IMG/VR virus record: IMGVR_UViG_3300037424_000877
Location: 1 to 57,335 of that record
From: a virus
Lineage: Duplodnaviria > Caudoviricetes
Reading direction: 5' to 3' (one strand)
Length of the DNA: 57,335 bases
Shown: positions 1 through 7,908 of the stretch, piece by piece
Layout of the letters: each line of letters opens with the position of its first letter
Position numbering within the stretch: position 1 is the stretch's first letter
Translations under genes and position numbers: made by a program
The notes under the pieces: model-generated
Seen by the model: the letters and a program-made list of their open reading frames with translations, nothing else
The model's database searches: none
What the model was told of the DNA's origin: nothing

Positions 1-114
1 GCCCTCGAGGTACTCGGCCTGCGCGTTTTTCTCGGCCTCGAGCTCCGTTGCGCCGAGCGCCCACACTACATCATTTGCCCCGTCCGTCCCGATTGCTGCG
101 TATTGTTTTGCCAT
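1..114 (-). CDS. hypothetical protein, truncated at window edge (MAKQYAAIGTDG...)
   Basis: ATG at 114 preceded by AGGAGG; frame open to position 1. Confidence 0.55.
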   Translation of the reverse strand, partial: MAKQYAAIGTDGANDVVWALGATELEAEKNAQAEYLEG

Positions 115-151
115 CTCATCCTCCTGCTGTTTGCGTTGCTGCGTTGTGGGG

Positions 152-481
152 TCAGGCGGCCAGCTCTCGGCGAGCTGTCTTGATTGCGCCAGATCGATAG
201 CCAGCGTTGTAGTCGCGGCAAGCCTCGCGGAACGCTGGCCCGCGGCTCTCGCACTGACGCAGAGTGATACCTAGTTCGTCGGCCAAGTCTTGGCCGTTGA
301 GAGCGTTTATCAGCCCAGAGTCGGCCTCTTCTTGACCAGCGGCAAACCACGACTCTACGTCTTCGCGGCTAGCTCTTACGTCTGGGTCTCCTATTGTAAG
401 CTCGTCTGTGACCCGCGTTTCTCCGTCGTTGTACCCGCTGCGGTAGGCCTTGCTCTTTTTGTTGATTTTTGAATTTGCCAC
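152..481 (-). CDS. hypothetical early-type protein
   Basis: 109-aa ORF, GAGG upstream, promoter-like element at 534-562. Confidence 0.7.
   Translation of the reverse strand: MANSKINKKSKAYRSGYNDGETRVTDELTIGDPDVRASREDVESWFAAGQEEADSGLINALNGQDLADELGITLRQCESRGPAFREACRDYNAGYRSGAIKTARRELAA
168..258. repeat. 91-bp exact direct repeat, copy 1 (copy 2 at 57245-57335)
   Basis: CGGCGAGCTGTCTTG...CGCACTGAC identical at both sites. Confidence 0.95.
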
Positions 482-533
482 CTGGCACCTCTTCCCGTTA
501 GTTGTTACTGGCTACTACGAATTGCCATGCTAG

Positions 534-562
534 TATATACGGCTCCTATCCTACCGAGTAAA
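534..562 (-). promoter_or_regulatory. sigma70-like promoter
   Basis: TTTACT-17-TATATA on minus strand upstream of 152..481. Confidence 0.45.
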
Positions 563-721
563 GACTAATATTGTGTCTTGCGCGATTTGTGCTTTTTTGG
601 CAATTCGGCAATCAGGTAATTGTCGAGCTCGCCGTCGCGTCCTTCCTTTTCAGCCTTTGCCCACATGCGCCCCCACTTGCGGTGAAGGTACCACCATACG
701 CAAACGAATAGGACACACACC

Positions 722-1198
722 TCAAATCTGGGCATCTTCGAATGCTCCCTCACAAGCGCCGCAAGCACCAGTGACGTCAGACACGTCGGTCGAGACTTGA
801 TGGCACTCGCTGCACTCCACGCCATCACGTTCGGCCTCGTACGCGGCGTGCTCGGGGATCCCACCGGAGCACAGGTACACGAACCCAGTGTCTGTTTCAT
901 GGATCCACACACAGTGCTCCGCTGGCACCAAGTCGCCGAAGGTCTCAACCAACTCCGAACAGAGGAACGGGCCGCAGTCGCCGTGGAGTTCGCACTCATA
1001 GAGAAAGACTGTGAGCACAGTCTCACCCTGAAACTTGCCGGGCCGGGTCACCCGTCCTGTGTAGTGATCGAAGTCCTCTGGATCGGGCAGACCTTCGGCT
1101 CCGCGATCGTCAAGCGGGGAACCGATGTCAAGGAACGCTTGGCGTATGGGTGTCCAGTTGAGCCAACGCCCGGTGAAAGAATCAAGTGCAGTTGTCAC
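722..1198 (-). CDS. hypothetical protein with C-terminal CxxC...CxxC Zn ribbon
   Basis: CSEC...CGAC; GTGA overlap with upstream gene. Confidence 0.7.
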   Translation of the reverse strand: MTTALDSFTGRWLNWTPIRQAFLDIGSPLDDRGAEGLPDPEDFDHYTGRVTRPGKFQGETVLTVFLYECELHGDCGPFLCSELVETFGDLVPAEHCVWIHETDTGFVYLCSGGIPEHAAYEAERDGVECSECHQVSTDVSDVTGACGACEGAFEDAQI

Positions 1199-1455
1199 GA
1201 CACCTCCGAAAAACCGTCAGCCTGCCAAAGCAAAAACTCCTGGACTGCAAGATCTACCGACCTCGCGAACGAGTCGCGACTGGTACCGGCGACTCCGCCT
1301 AACCCAGGTTGACAGGCTAGCTCTAGTCGTGTGACGTACAGATCATAATATAAGCCGCTGATGAACTCGCGCCTAGTCTGCCTCTCTTGGATTATGCGAA
1401 CACGTGAGTCTATCAGTGGGTGTTCAATCTCTGTTTTATCAAGTGCAGTTGTCAT
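1195..1455 (-). CDS. hypothetical protein
   Basis: translationally coupled ORF; starts MTTALD like its neighbour. Confidence 0.65.
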   Translation of the reverse strand: MTTALDKTEIEHPLIDSRVRIIQERQTRREFISGLYYDLYVTRLELACQPGLGGVAGTSRDSFARSVDLAVQEFLLWQADGFSEVS

Positions 1456-1687
1456 ATTCGTTTCGGTCTCCTTTCAAGTCCCCTACCATCTCGCCCATGC
1501 GATCTAGGAAATCTGCGATCGCCTCGTTCCTTGTATCCCCGCAGCCGATGAGAAGGGACAGCGGTCCGCTATCCTCCGCTCCGTCGTAGCAGCCGTCGCA
1601 GTAGGCCTGGTACTCGTTACGCATTGGGTTGTCACTACAATGCGCCTTGACGCGCCCGCCGCAGTAAGGACACACTGGCGCGCTCAT
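1439..1687 (-). CDS. Lar-like (restriction alleviation-type) Zn-finger protein
   Basis: CPYCGG...CDGC...TRNEAIADF pattern resembles the Lar family. Confidence 0.5.
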   Translation of the reverse strand: MSAPVCPYCGGRVKAHCSDNPMRNEYQAYCDGCYDGAEDSGPLSLLIGCGDTRNEAIADFLDRMGEMVGDLKGDRNEYDNCT

Positions 1688-1890
1688 GTTAAAACCCCAC
1701 GGTAGCTAGCCTCGAACTGACCACACAAGCGCCGGTATCTGACCTCGGACAGTGCATGCGCCAGTGCGTCAGTCAACCGCCCATGATAGCTCGCTCCGAC
1801 TCCGATGCACGACGACCCGCGATAAACGAAAACTGTCAGCGAGACCCACCCGCCCGGCTCCTTCGGGCGCACCTTGATTGAGTACCTCAT
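1684..1890 (-). CDS. hypothetical protein
   Basis: 68-aa ORF, ATGA overlap. Confidence 0.6.
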   Translation of the reverse strand: MRYSIKVRPKEPGGWVSLTVFVYRGSSCIGVGASYHGRLTDALAHALSEVRYRRLCGQFEASYRGVLT

Positions 1891-1981
1891 GTTCGTACTT
1901 CCCTTCTGCTAATCACCCGGTATTGATACTCGGGCGCGTTGAGGCGGTAGGCGCGTAGATCGTCGCGGAGTTCCCGAGGGA

Positions 1982-2407
1982 TCATCGTTTCCCCGCAATG
2001 TGCTCGGCGTAGTCAATCTCGCTCAGCAGCCGTCGCACTTTGGCGAGCTCGACTCGGTTGGCGTGCGCGCGTTGATCGGTGTTGCCGTCGCTCTGTCGGC
2101 CGACCCTGCCTGTTTGCAGATCGTATCCCAGATCCGCACCGATCAATGCATCTTGACGCATCCCGGCCGAGTATATCGGCCGCGAGCGGCGTACCTCTGA
2201 GATCCACTTAGCGGCAAAATACTCCGCGGCGACGGCAACCGGTTGAACGTACCCCGCACCGCATATCCGCCGGCCCATCGCGCGGTGAGCGCGCTCGCCC
2301 TTGGCCGCCTCAGTAAAACACTCGTCCAGTCGCCGATCGCAGGATGCGATCCGGTAGACGATCAGATACGCAGCTTTGATTCGGTCTTTCACTTCTTTTT
2401 TGGTCAT
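1982..2407 (-). CDS. hypothetical protein (likely start MTKKEVK)
   Basis: ATGA overlap at 2404-2407. Confidence 0.6.
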   Translation of the reverse strand: MTKKEVKDRIKAAYLIVYRIASCDRRLDECFTEAAKGERAHRAMGRRICGAGYVQPVAVAAEYFAAKWISEVRRSRPIYSAGMRQDALIGADLGYDLQTGRVGRQSDGNTDQRAHANRVELAKVRRLLSEIDYAEHIAGKR

Positions 2408-2667
2408 TTCACGATCTCCAGATTTGCGACGTTGATGCGCCGGAATCTCAGTTGCGGGTATTGTTCGAGTTCTTCCGGGGTCCAAATCTGCGCTGCGTCC
2501 GGCCGCGGTTCGTCCGTGGTCGCGATCACCCACCCATCCGTACCCTGCTCAATGTGCGTCACGATCCACCGATCGAGCCCGGCGGAGCCGGTGTATTGTC
2601 CTGTGTTGCGCAAGTGCTTTCCGGTCAGTCGCACCTTATCCCCTACCTGTATTAATCTCTTCGCCAT
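2404..2667 (-). CDS. small SH3/KOW-like protein
   Basis: IQVGDKVRL motif; AGGAGG RBS. Confidence 0.65.
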   Translation of the reverse strand: MAKRLIQVGDKVRLTGKHLRNTGQYTGSAGLDRWIVTHIEQGTDGWVIATTDEPRPDAAQIWTPEELEQYPQLRFRRINVANLEIVK

Positions 2668-2788
2668 TTGTACCTCCTACACTATATTCTGTCGCTTCCT
2701 GACTGGTGGGTTGTCGCCCGAGTTTGGTCGCGAGCCGATTCCAGATCGTGTTTGGGTTGCGGTTCGTGAAAGTGATTGAAATCTTCAT
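2636..2788 (-). CDS. 50-aa hypothetical protein (below ORF-track cutoff)
   Basis: MKISITFTNRNPNTIWNRLATKLG... fills the gap between genes. Confidence 0.45.
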   Translation of the reverse strand: MKISITFTNRNPNTIWNRLATKLGRQPTSQEATEYSVGGTNGEEINTGRG

Positions 2789-2790
2789 GG

Positions 2791-3024
2791 TTAGCGGTCA
2801 CAGGTTACGACGTACGTTGCACCGCGATACTCCCAACGAGCCGACTCGCAGCCGGCAACAGTGGCGCGCACATGGCGCGTGAGTTCGATTGCGCTGGATT
2901 CGTCTGCGGCCACGATCTGGACTCGAGGGGCATCGGCTCGAGCAATCCCGACCGTCGCGCCGAGTACAGTTCCGAGGCAAGCGGCCATGATGATTCTTTT
3001 TACAGTGAGAGTTGATTTGGTCAT
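2791..3024 (-). CDS. small secreted protein
   Basis: signal-peptide-like N-terminus (KRIIMAACLGTVLGATVGIARA-D); Cys pair in mature part. Confidence 0.6.
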   Translation of the reverse strand: MTKSTLTVKRIIMAACLGTVLGATVGIARADAPRVQIVAADESSAIELTRHVRATVAGCESARWEYRGATYVVTCDR

Positions 3025-3101
3025 TTTCGTTTTTCCTTTTCCGTTTCCGAGTTGGTGAGTTGGTGAGTGTAATAGTATCAACGGCAGTCGCAGGCAAGGT
3101 C

Positions 3102-3338
3102 TTAAGTAGATTCGATCTCCAAGGCGTCAAGGTGTTTCAGATCGGCGAGTCGCTCTTTGATTAAGCGGATCTGCCTTTTGATCTGTCGCAGGCAAGCGCC
3201 GTCGGAGGTGGCGGCCTTGCGTTCGAGTGTCGATAGACAGTGGTTCAGCTCGAAGCGCTCATGCTCTCTCGTGATAGTCATGCCAACCGCTATTGCATCG
3301 CTCGTACCAAGCCAAATACAGGCCATTTCGGCCCGCAA
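3102..3338 (-). CDS. hypothetical coiled-coil protein
   Basis: 78-aa ORF; start uncertain. Confidence 0.45.
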   Translation of the reverse strand: MRAEMACIWLGTSDAIAVGMTITREHERFELNHCLSTLERKAATSDGACLRQIKRQIRLIKERLADLKHLDALEIEST

Positions 3339-3439
3339 GACGGCCCGACCACGACACCAGGATCATAGCTAAGCGGTAAACCGAATGAATACGGGCTGTT
3401 ACAATGTCATAGGCCCGCAAGCGCTGCATAGCCTATACC

Positions 3440-3539
3440 GGCTATGACCATACGTTGCACTGCACTGCACTACGTTGCGTGACAATACACTGCACTGCAC
3501 TGCACTACGTTGCGTGACAATACACTGCACTGCACGCAC
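3440..3539. repeat. tandem TGCAC pentamers / ~35-bp duplicated unit
   Basis: (CACTG)n-CACTACGTTGCGTGACAATA twice; begins with a 19-mer shared with 55299-55317. Confidence 0.9.
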
Positions 3540-3552
3540 AGATTCGAGCTCC

Positions 3553-3628
3553 AGGATTTTGAACAAAGTCCCCAGATCCGAAATTGAAAAGAAAACGGCC
3601 GCGAGGATTTTGAACAAAGTCCCCAGAT
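3553..3628. repeat. two 25-bp direct repeats, each an imperfect palindrome (operator-like)
   Basis: AGGATTTTGAACAAAGTCCCCAGAT at 3553-3577 and 3604-3628. Confidence 0.9.
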
Positions 3629-3647
3629 TTTTTGCTAGTTTATACAC

Positions 3648-3839
3648 ATGGAAGAAACCAAAAAGTCCAAGTTGAACAACAAAGCACTGTGGGCCTCGAT
3701 CGCCGCAGTCGCCTTCGCCGTCGCGGCAGGTTACGGGGTCGACCTTCAGGGCGCTCTTTGCCCTAACACAACAACAGAGTCAACGCCGTCGGTCGTTGAT
3801 GCAGGAGGAGTAACCGAAGGAAAAACTAATCACCCCTGA
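3648..3839 (+). CDS. putative holin-like small membrane protein
   Basis: basic N-terminus then ALWASIAAVAFAVAAGYG transmembrane segment. Confidence 0.5.
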   Translation: MEETKKSKLNNKALWASIAAVAFAVAAGYGVDLQGALCPNTTTESTPSVVDAGGVTEGKTNHP

Positions 3840-3891
3840 ACCGTGAACGTGAAAAACTCGCAGATCGAGTTCATGACCTCGCTCTGAACAT

Positions 3892-3960
3892 GCTCTGCGA
3901 TTGTGTCCTCGGAGGGGTGCTCGTCGTGCTTGAACGCACGCCGGGTGCCCCTCGCAGAGC
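3892..3960 (+). ncRNA. long structured hairpin (candidate ncRNA or cis-element)
   Basis: GCTCTGCGA/TCGCAGAGC, GGGGTGCTCG/CGGGTGCCCC (3 G-U pairs) and CGTGC/GCACG stems. Confidence 0.4.
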
Positions 3961-4031
3961 CTTCTTCGACCGCTCGGCTGATTAGCTCGTACCAGTTGGG
4001 TTCCACAGCCTAACATGGTACACTAGAAGGT

Positions 4032-4298
4032 ATGAAGAAGCTAGCGCTGTTGGTAGCAGGGGCCGTGCTGGTCGCCTGCGGCGGGGACGTTAAGTTCCCG
4101 AAGACCGAGGACGTATACAAGGCTGCGTACGAGGCCGTAGAGGCTCTCGAGGCGCATCCTGGAGTGTCTGAGTACGTGGAGAAGGCAAAACAGGCCGTCG
4201 CCATCGCTCAGTCAGTCTGTGACCAGTTGCCCGAAGGTGGCGCAGCCGACCCGGTGTGTGCCGAAGTCGACAAACTGGCCGACGCCCTGAAAGAGTAA
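4032..4298 (+). CDS. lipoprotein (spanin-like or exclusion protein)
   Basis: MKKLALLVAGAVLVA-C lipobox; helical mature region. Confidence 0.75.
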   Translation: MKKLALLVAGAVLVACGGDVKFPKTEDVYKAAYEAVEALEAHPGVSEYVEKAKQAVAIAQSVCDQLPEGGAADPVCAEVDKLADALKE

Positions 4299-4301
4299 GA
4301 C

Positions 4302-4332
4302 GGGCGCCCCCTGGTAACCCCGGGGGGCGTTC
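4302..4332. terminator. GC-rich hairpin between convergent genes
   Basis: GGGCGCCCCC...GGGGGCGTTC. Confidence 0.6.
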
Positions 4333-4702
4333 ACTTCACCAAACGCAGATGGCTGGGCCGCTTCGAGGCGGCCTTTTTCGCAGGCGCGTCTTCTGGAGCA
4401 TCGTCCTTCCAGATCTTGCCCATGCCGTCCTCGGTGACCATAGCGAAGACAGACTCCCAGGGGACGGAGCACGGACTCGGCCTCCCTCCGAAGGACAGCG
4501 TGCAACTGAAACCGTCATCGGTTACGTGGAGATCGTGTATCGGGCGCGCGAGGTTCAGACCTAACTGCAAGCACAGTTTACGGTCATTTTGGAACTGGAG
4601 CGGGACCTGCACGCCCTTGTGGCCGGGCTTCAAATGCACGAACACCGAGTTCGACTGCTGCAACATCCAGCCGATCAGATCTCGCTTCTCGTCGTTTTTC
4701 AC
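4331..4702 (-). CDS. sspB: ClpXP specificity-enhancing adaptor SspB
   Basis: GVQVP...LQLGLN...FSCTLSFGG...VPWESVFAM core; C-terminal RPSHLRLVK resembles the ClpX-binding tail; GTGA overlap. Confidence 0.85.
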   Translation of the reverse strand: MKNDEKRDLIGWMLQQSNSVFVHLKPGHKGVQVPLQFQNDRKLCLQLGLNLARPIHDLHVTDDGFSCTLSFGGRPSPCSVPWESVFAMVTEDGMGKIWKDDAPEDAPAKKAASKRPSHLRLVK

Positions 4703-5262
4703 TTGATCCCAGCTTCTCGACACCTCGACTTGAACACCCTCTCCTGTTCCGAATAGGACAGCTTCAGGATCTGATCGAACGTGCCCTCGCGAGCAGGCGG
4801 CACGGGGTGCTCCCATAGAGATCCGTCTTCGCAGATCAGCCCGTCGTGCTCCCAGTTCGCGTTCGGCCAGAACTGCTTCATCTCGTGGATGAGTAGCTGC
4901 TTGTCTGCGACGTGGATTGCCTCGTCCTTCCCGGGTGTCAGACCGAAGCGTTCGTAGATCACATTCTGGACGGTGTCTTCCAAGATCCTATACTGGTCGC
5001 CCACGAAGCTGTGCTTCAACTCCCGGTGCATGTCTCCCATGAAAGCCTCGGAAGCGTCATGGAGAAGGGCCTTCGGGTCGTTAAGCAGGTCGTAGATGAT
5101 CACACTGTGATATGCGACCGAGTAGTAGAACGGGCAGTGGTTCGTGTACCGAGGTTGCATGAGCCCGGCCGTTACGTCCTCGAGGCAGATGTCCTCGGGA
5201 CGTAAGTTGAGCAGGTTGACGAGCTTTCCTGAACGGAGGATCTTGCGAATTGGTTTGGTCAT
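4699..5262 (-). CDS. HD-domain 5'-deoxynucleotidase (YfdR/YfbR-like)
   Basis: RYTNH...YSVAYHS...ALLHDASEAFMGD...AD motifs. Confidence 0.85.
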   Translation of the reverse strand: MTKPIRKILRSGKLVNLLNLRPEDICLEDVTAGLMQPRYTNHCPFYYSVAYHSVIIYDLLNDPKALLHDASEAFMGDMHRELKHSFVGDQYRILEDTVQNVIYERFGLTPGKDEAIHVADKQLLIHEMKQFWPNANWEHDGLICEDGSLWEHPVPPAREGTFDQILKLSYSEQERVFKSRCREAGIK

Positions 5263-5648
5263 GGTTGCACCTTGATGAACTCCGCGACGACTGCGGCGAC
5301 GGTTTCGCGAACATGTTCCAGCGACTTTGGTTGGTACTTCAGCACATCACATACCCGATCTGCGATCATGGTTGCGATGTCCGCCGGGTCGCCGGTGCTG
5401 TTCGCACTGCGGCCGATCACCGAGAGCGCCGCAGAGTCGCGCAAAATAGCGTCTGTTACGGAGGGTGCCACTCCGTATTTCTTGAACGCGTAGTTCGTGA
5501 CCTTCCCGAACTGTCGGGCCTTGTAGACAGTCAGAGTCACATTCCCGCACCCCGGGCACGAAGCCGAGTAGCACGTCGGGCAGCTCTTGCAGTTCGGATC
5601 GTTCAGGTCAGCAGTTCTTCCAGGTTCGTTTTTCGACATCGTTTTCAT
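5259..5648 (-). CDS. Cys-rich hypothetical protein carrying an in-frame tail-fibre repeat unit
   Basis: CKSC, CPTC, CPGC; contains SVTDAILRDSAALSVIGRSANSTGDPADI. Confidence 0.7.
   Translation of the reverse strand: MKTMSKNEPGRTADLNDPNCKSCPTCYSASCPGCGNVTLTVYKARQFGKVTNYAFKKYGVAPSVTDAILRDSAALSVIGRSANSTGDPADIATMIADRVCDVLKYQPKSLEHVRETVAAVVAEFIKVQP
5376..5463 (-). repeat. ectopic 88-bp copy of tail-fibre gene segment 25204-25291
   Basis: 85/88 identical; 3 mismatches, all synonymous. Confidence 0.95.
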
Positions 5649-7908
5649 CCTTCAGGTTTCGTTCTCTGCACCATTGTTTCAGTTGCTCGGCCGACTCGTT
5701 TCTCTCGTACCCGGCCCAGCTGTCAAATGAAAGGTGCCACAGTCCGTTGTTTCTTTCAACTGCCCCAAGTCGTTTTGTGTACCTTCGAGCAGTGCGTGTG
5801 GTCAATGTTCCAACCGTATTGGAAAGGATTGCCCTGATTCGGAACACTATGCCGGTTTCGTTGACGAAAGGCGCGTCGAGCCCATCGACCATGCCGTTCA
5901 GCGTCCGGCTGACCATCTTGCGCAGAGCGGCCAGGATCTGCAACTCGGGGCCTTGCTTTACGGTCGGTCCCATCGACTGTTCGACGATCGCCGACAGCTC
6001 GTCAGGAAGAGTGAAGCGCCCGTATTGCTTGAACGGGATCGCCTCGACGAGCAGTCGGAAATGAGACAGCACCTCGGAGAAGTCCTTTCGCTCCGGTACG
6101 ACTTTGGCTGCTTCCGGATCGATGAAGATCGGGAACAGTCGCGACGCAGCAGCGGACAGCCCACCGTCGTTGATCATCGCAGCGTAGTTGTCGCACCAGT
6201 CGAGGTTATTCGAGGTCACGATCACTCTGCAACACCCATCAATGCGGGTGACGGGTCGGCCCTTCTGCTCGGTGCGCATCGAAGGGGAGGTGACGAGCCG
6301 CTTCAAATCTTCGATCGAGCTCTTGTCGTGCAGATCGTTCGCTTCGTCCTTGACGATGATCGGGCAATGCATGAGCTCTGCGTTGAATCGTTCGGTGGCA
6401 GATTCGATGTCGATTGCACCGTTCTTCGAGTACAGACTGCCTACGGCTGCGAGGAATAAGCTCTTCCCTGTGTTCTTCTCACCCATCAATGCGAGCAGGT
6501 TGTCCGGTGCGGTCAAGTCGCTCAGGTTGGCGATCCACTGACACAGGTAGGCATATCGGTCGCCAGCAAAGACCTTCAACCAGTTGTCGACCATCTTGCT
6601 GAACACAGGGACAATCTCATCGCGAAGCTTAACGCAGTTCACGCGGAGGTTCGGTCGCTCGGTGTCGTCTGGCCAGTCGAAGGTGGTCGGTCCGTACGTG
6701 TACGTGATTTCTTTGCACCCGATCCCGTACATCTCGAGCAGTTGCGCAGGCGAGATCAGTTTACCTTCGGCGGTGCTCAGGACAATGTCCGGTCGGAAGC
6801 GCGATGTCTTCAGCGACGGGACCGTGGAACTGTCGAGCACGATTGGAGCGTAGCCAGACATCTCGAGCCGGAATACGTCCGAGCCCGACGTGTAGGCGAA
6901 CCAGTACCGATTTGTCTTCAGGTCCTCTATCGGGAAGCCAACGACGTCCGCGATGTCGAGCAGCTGTTGCTCAGTGTAGGATGTCGCGAGCTCTTCGGCC
7001 ATCATAGCGGCGACAGCGCGCTCGGAGTTTTCGCTGCGAACGCGCGCCCATTGCGACAGGAACTGTGCCTGCGTCGGCGCGCCGTCGGTGGCCTCTAGCG
7101 AATCTTTGAAGAATACATACAACCGCTCGCCCGAGACCAGGGGCAGACGGGTCTTCAGCGCGCCCAGGAGCTCGAACAGAAGCCCGTTTCGTCCCCCTTC
7201 TTCGCTGTACGGTCGGCCCTGAAGCACCAGAGACAAGACCGAGGCCAGCGCTTGCTGCTTCTCGTTCCGGACCCGCTTAAGGGCGGCTACGGCGCGCACC
7301 AGGTCCCGGCGCTCTAGAGGCAAGGTGGCGGGCAGATCTGCTGCTGACGGGGCCGGTGCGGCCGGCGTTGGTGCTTTTGCGGGCGCGGCTCCGGGTGTCT
7401 CCTCCAGGGCGCCCCAAGACAGGATCTGACCCGACCCCCGCTTAACGTCCTGCGGCGCGCCTTTAGGGCTGCTGGGCAGGTAGTACCAGCGGCAGACGTC
7501 TTTACATGAGGGATCGATGTCCGGGGCCAGTCGGGCTCTCAGGTCGCTCCAGACGCCCTTCCAGAGCACGGCTGGGACCGGACGGTCCAGTGGCAACACA
7601 ACTCTCCACTTCGGGGCCTCCTTCGTGTGTGACCAGGTCGTGTGTGCGATGAAAGTCAGTTCGGAAAAGCGGGACCAATCCGGCGTCCCCTGGTCGAAGT
7701 CTAGGACCAAGCAGCAGATCTCGGAGACAGCGGCGTTCTCGTGTCGGGAGCCCTCTTTCAGCGCGTACGGCGACCAAAGCGGGCACTGGTCTTTCTGGAC
7801 GTAGTTCTTGAACGCGGCTAGGACCTGCGTCAACTGCCACCAAGTGCCGACGGTCGTCGACCAGTCTTCCGGACGGTAAAGCGACGGAAAGACGGTCCAA
7901 TTAAGCAT
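5608..7908 (-). CDS. primase-helicase (AEP-type primase plus SF3/DUF5906-like helicase)
   Basis: LVLDFD, HTTWSH, WRVVLPLDRPV, DPSCKD; Walker A GEKNTGKS; DE and SNN motifs. Confidence 0.85.
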   Translation of the reverse strand: MLNWTVFPSLYRPEDWSTTVGTWWQLTQVLAAFKNYVQKDQCPLWSPYALKEGSRHENAAVSEICCLVLDFDQGTPDWSRFSELTFIAHTTWSHTKEAPKWRVVLPLDRPVPAVLWKGVWSDLRARLAPDIDPSCKDVCRWYYLPSSPKGAPQDVKRGSGQILSWGALEETPGAAPAKAPTPAAPAPSAADLPATLPLERRDLVRAVAALKRVRNEKQQALASVLSLVLQGRPYSEEGGRNGLLFELLGALKTRLPLVSGERLYVFFKDSLEATDGAPTQAQFLSQWARVRSENSERAVAAMMAEELATSYTEQQLLDIADVVGFPIEDLKTNRYWFAYTSGSDVFRLEMSGYAPIVLDSSTVPSLKTSRFRPDIVLSTAEGKLISPAQLLEMYGIGCKEITYTYGPTTFDWPDDTERPNLRVNCVKLRDEIVPVFSKMVDNWLKVFAGDRYAYLCQWIANLSDLTAPDNLLALMGEKNTGKSLFLAAVGSLYSKNGAIDIESATERFNAELMHCPIIVKDEANDLHDKSSIEDLKRLVTSPSMRTEQKGRPVTRIDGCCRVIVTSNNLDWCDNYAAMINDGGLSAAASRLFPIFIDPEAAKVVPERKDFSEVLSHFRLLVEAIPFKQYGRFTLPDELSAIVEQSMGPTVKQGPELQILAALRKMVSRTLNGMVDGLDAPFVNETGIVFRIRAILSNTVGTLTTRTARRYTKRLGAVERNNGLWHLSFDSWAGYERNESAEQLKQWCRERNLKDENDVEKRTWKNC

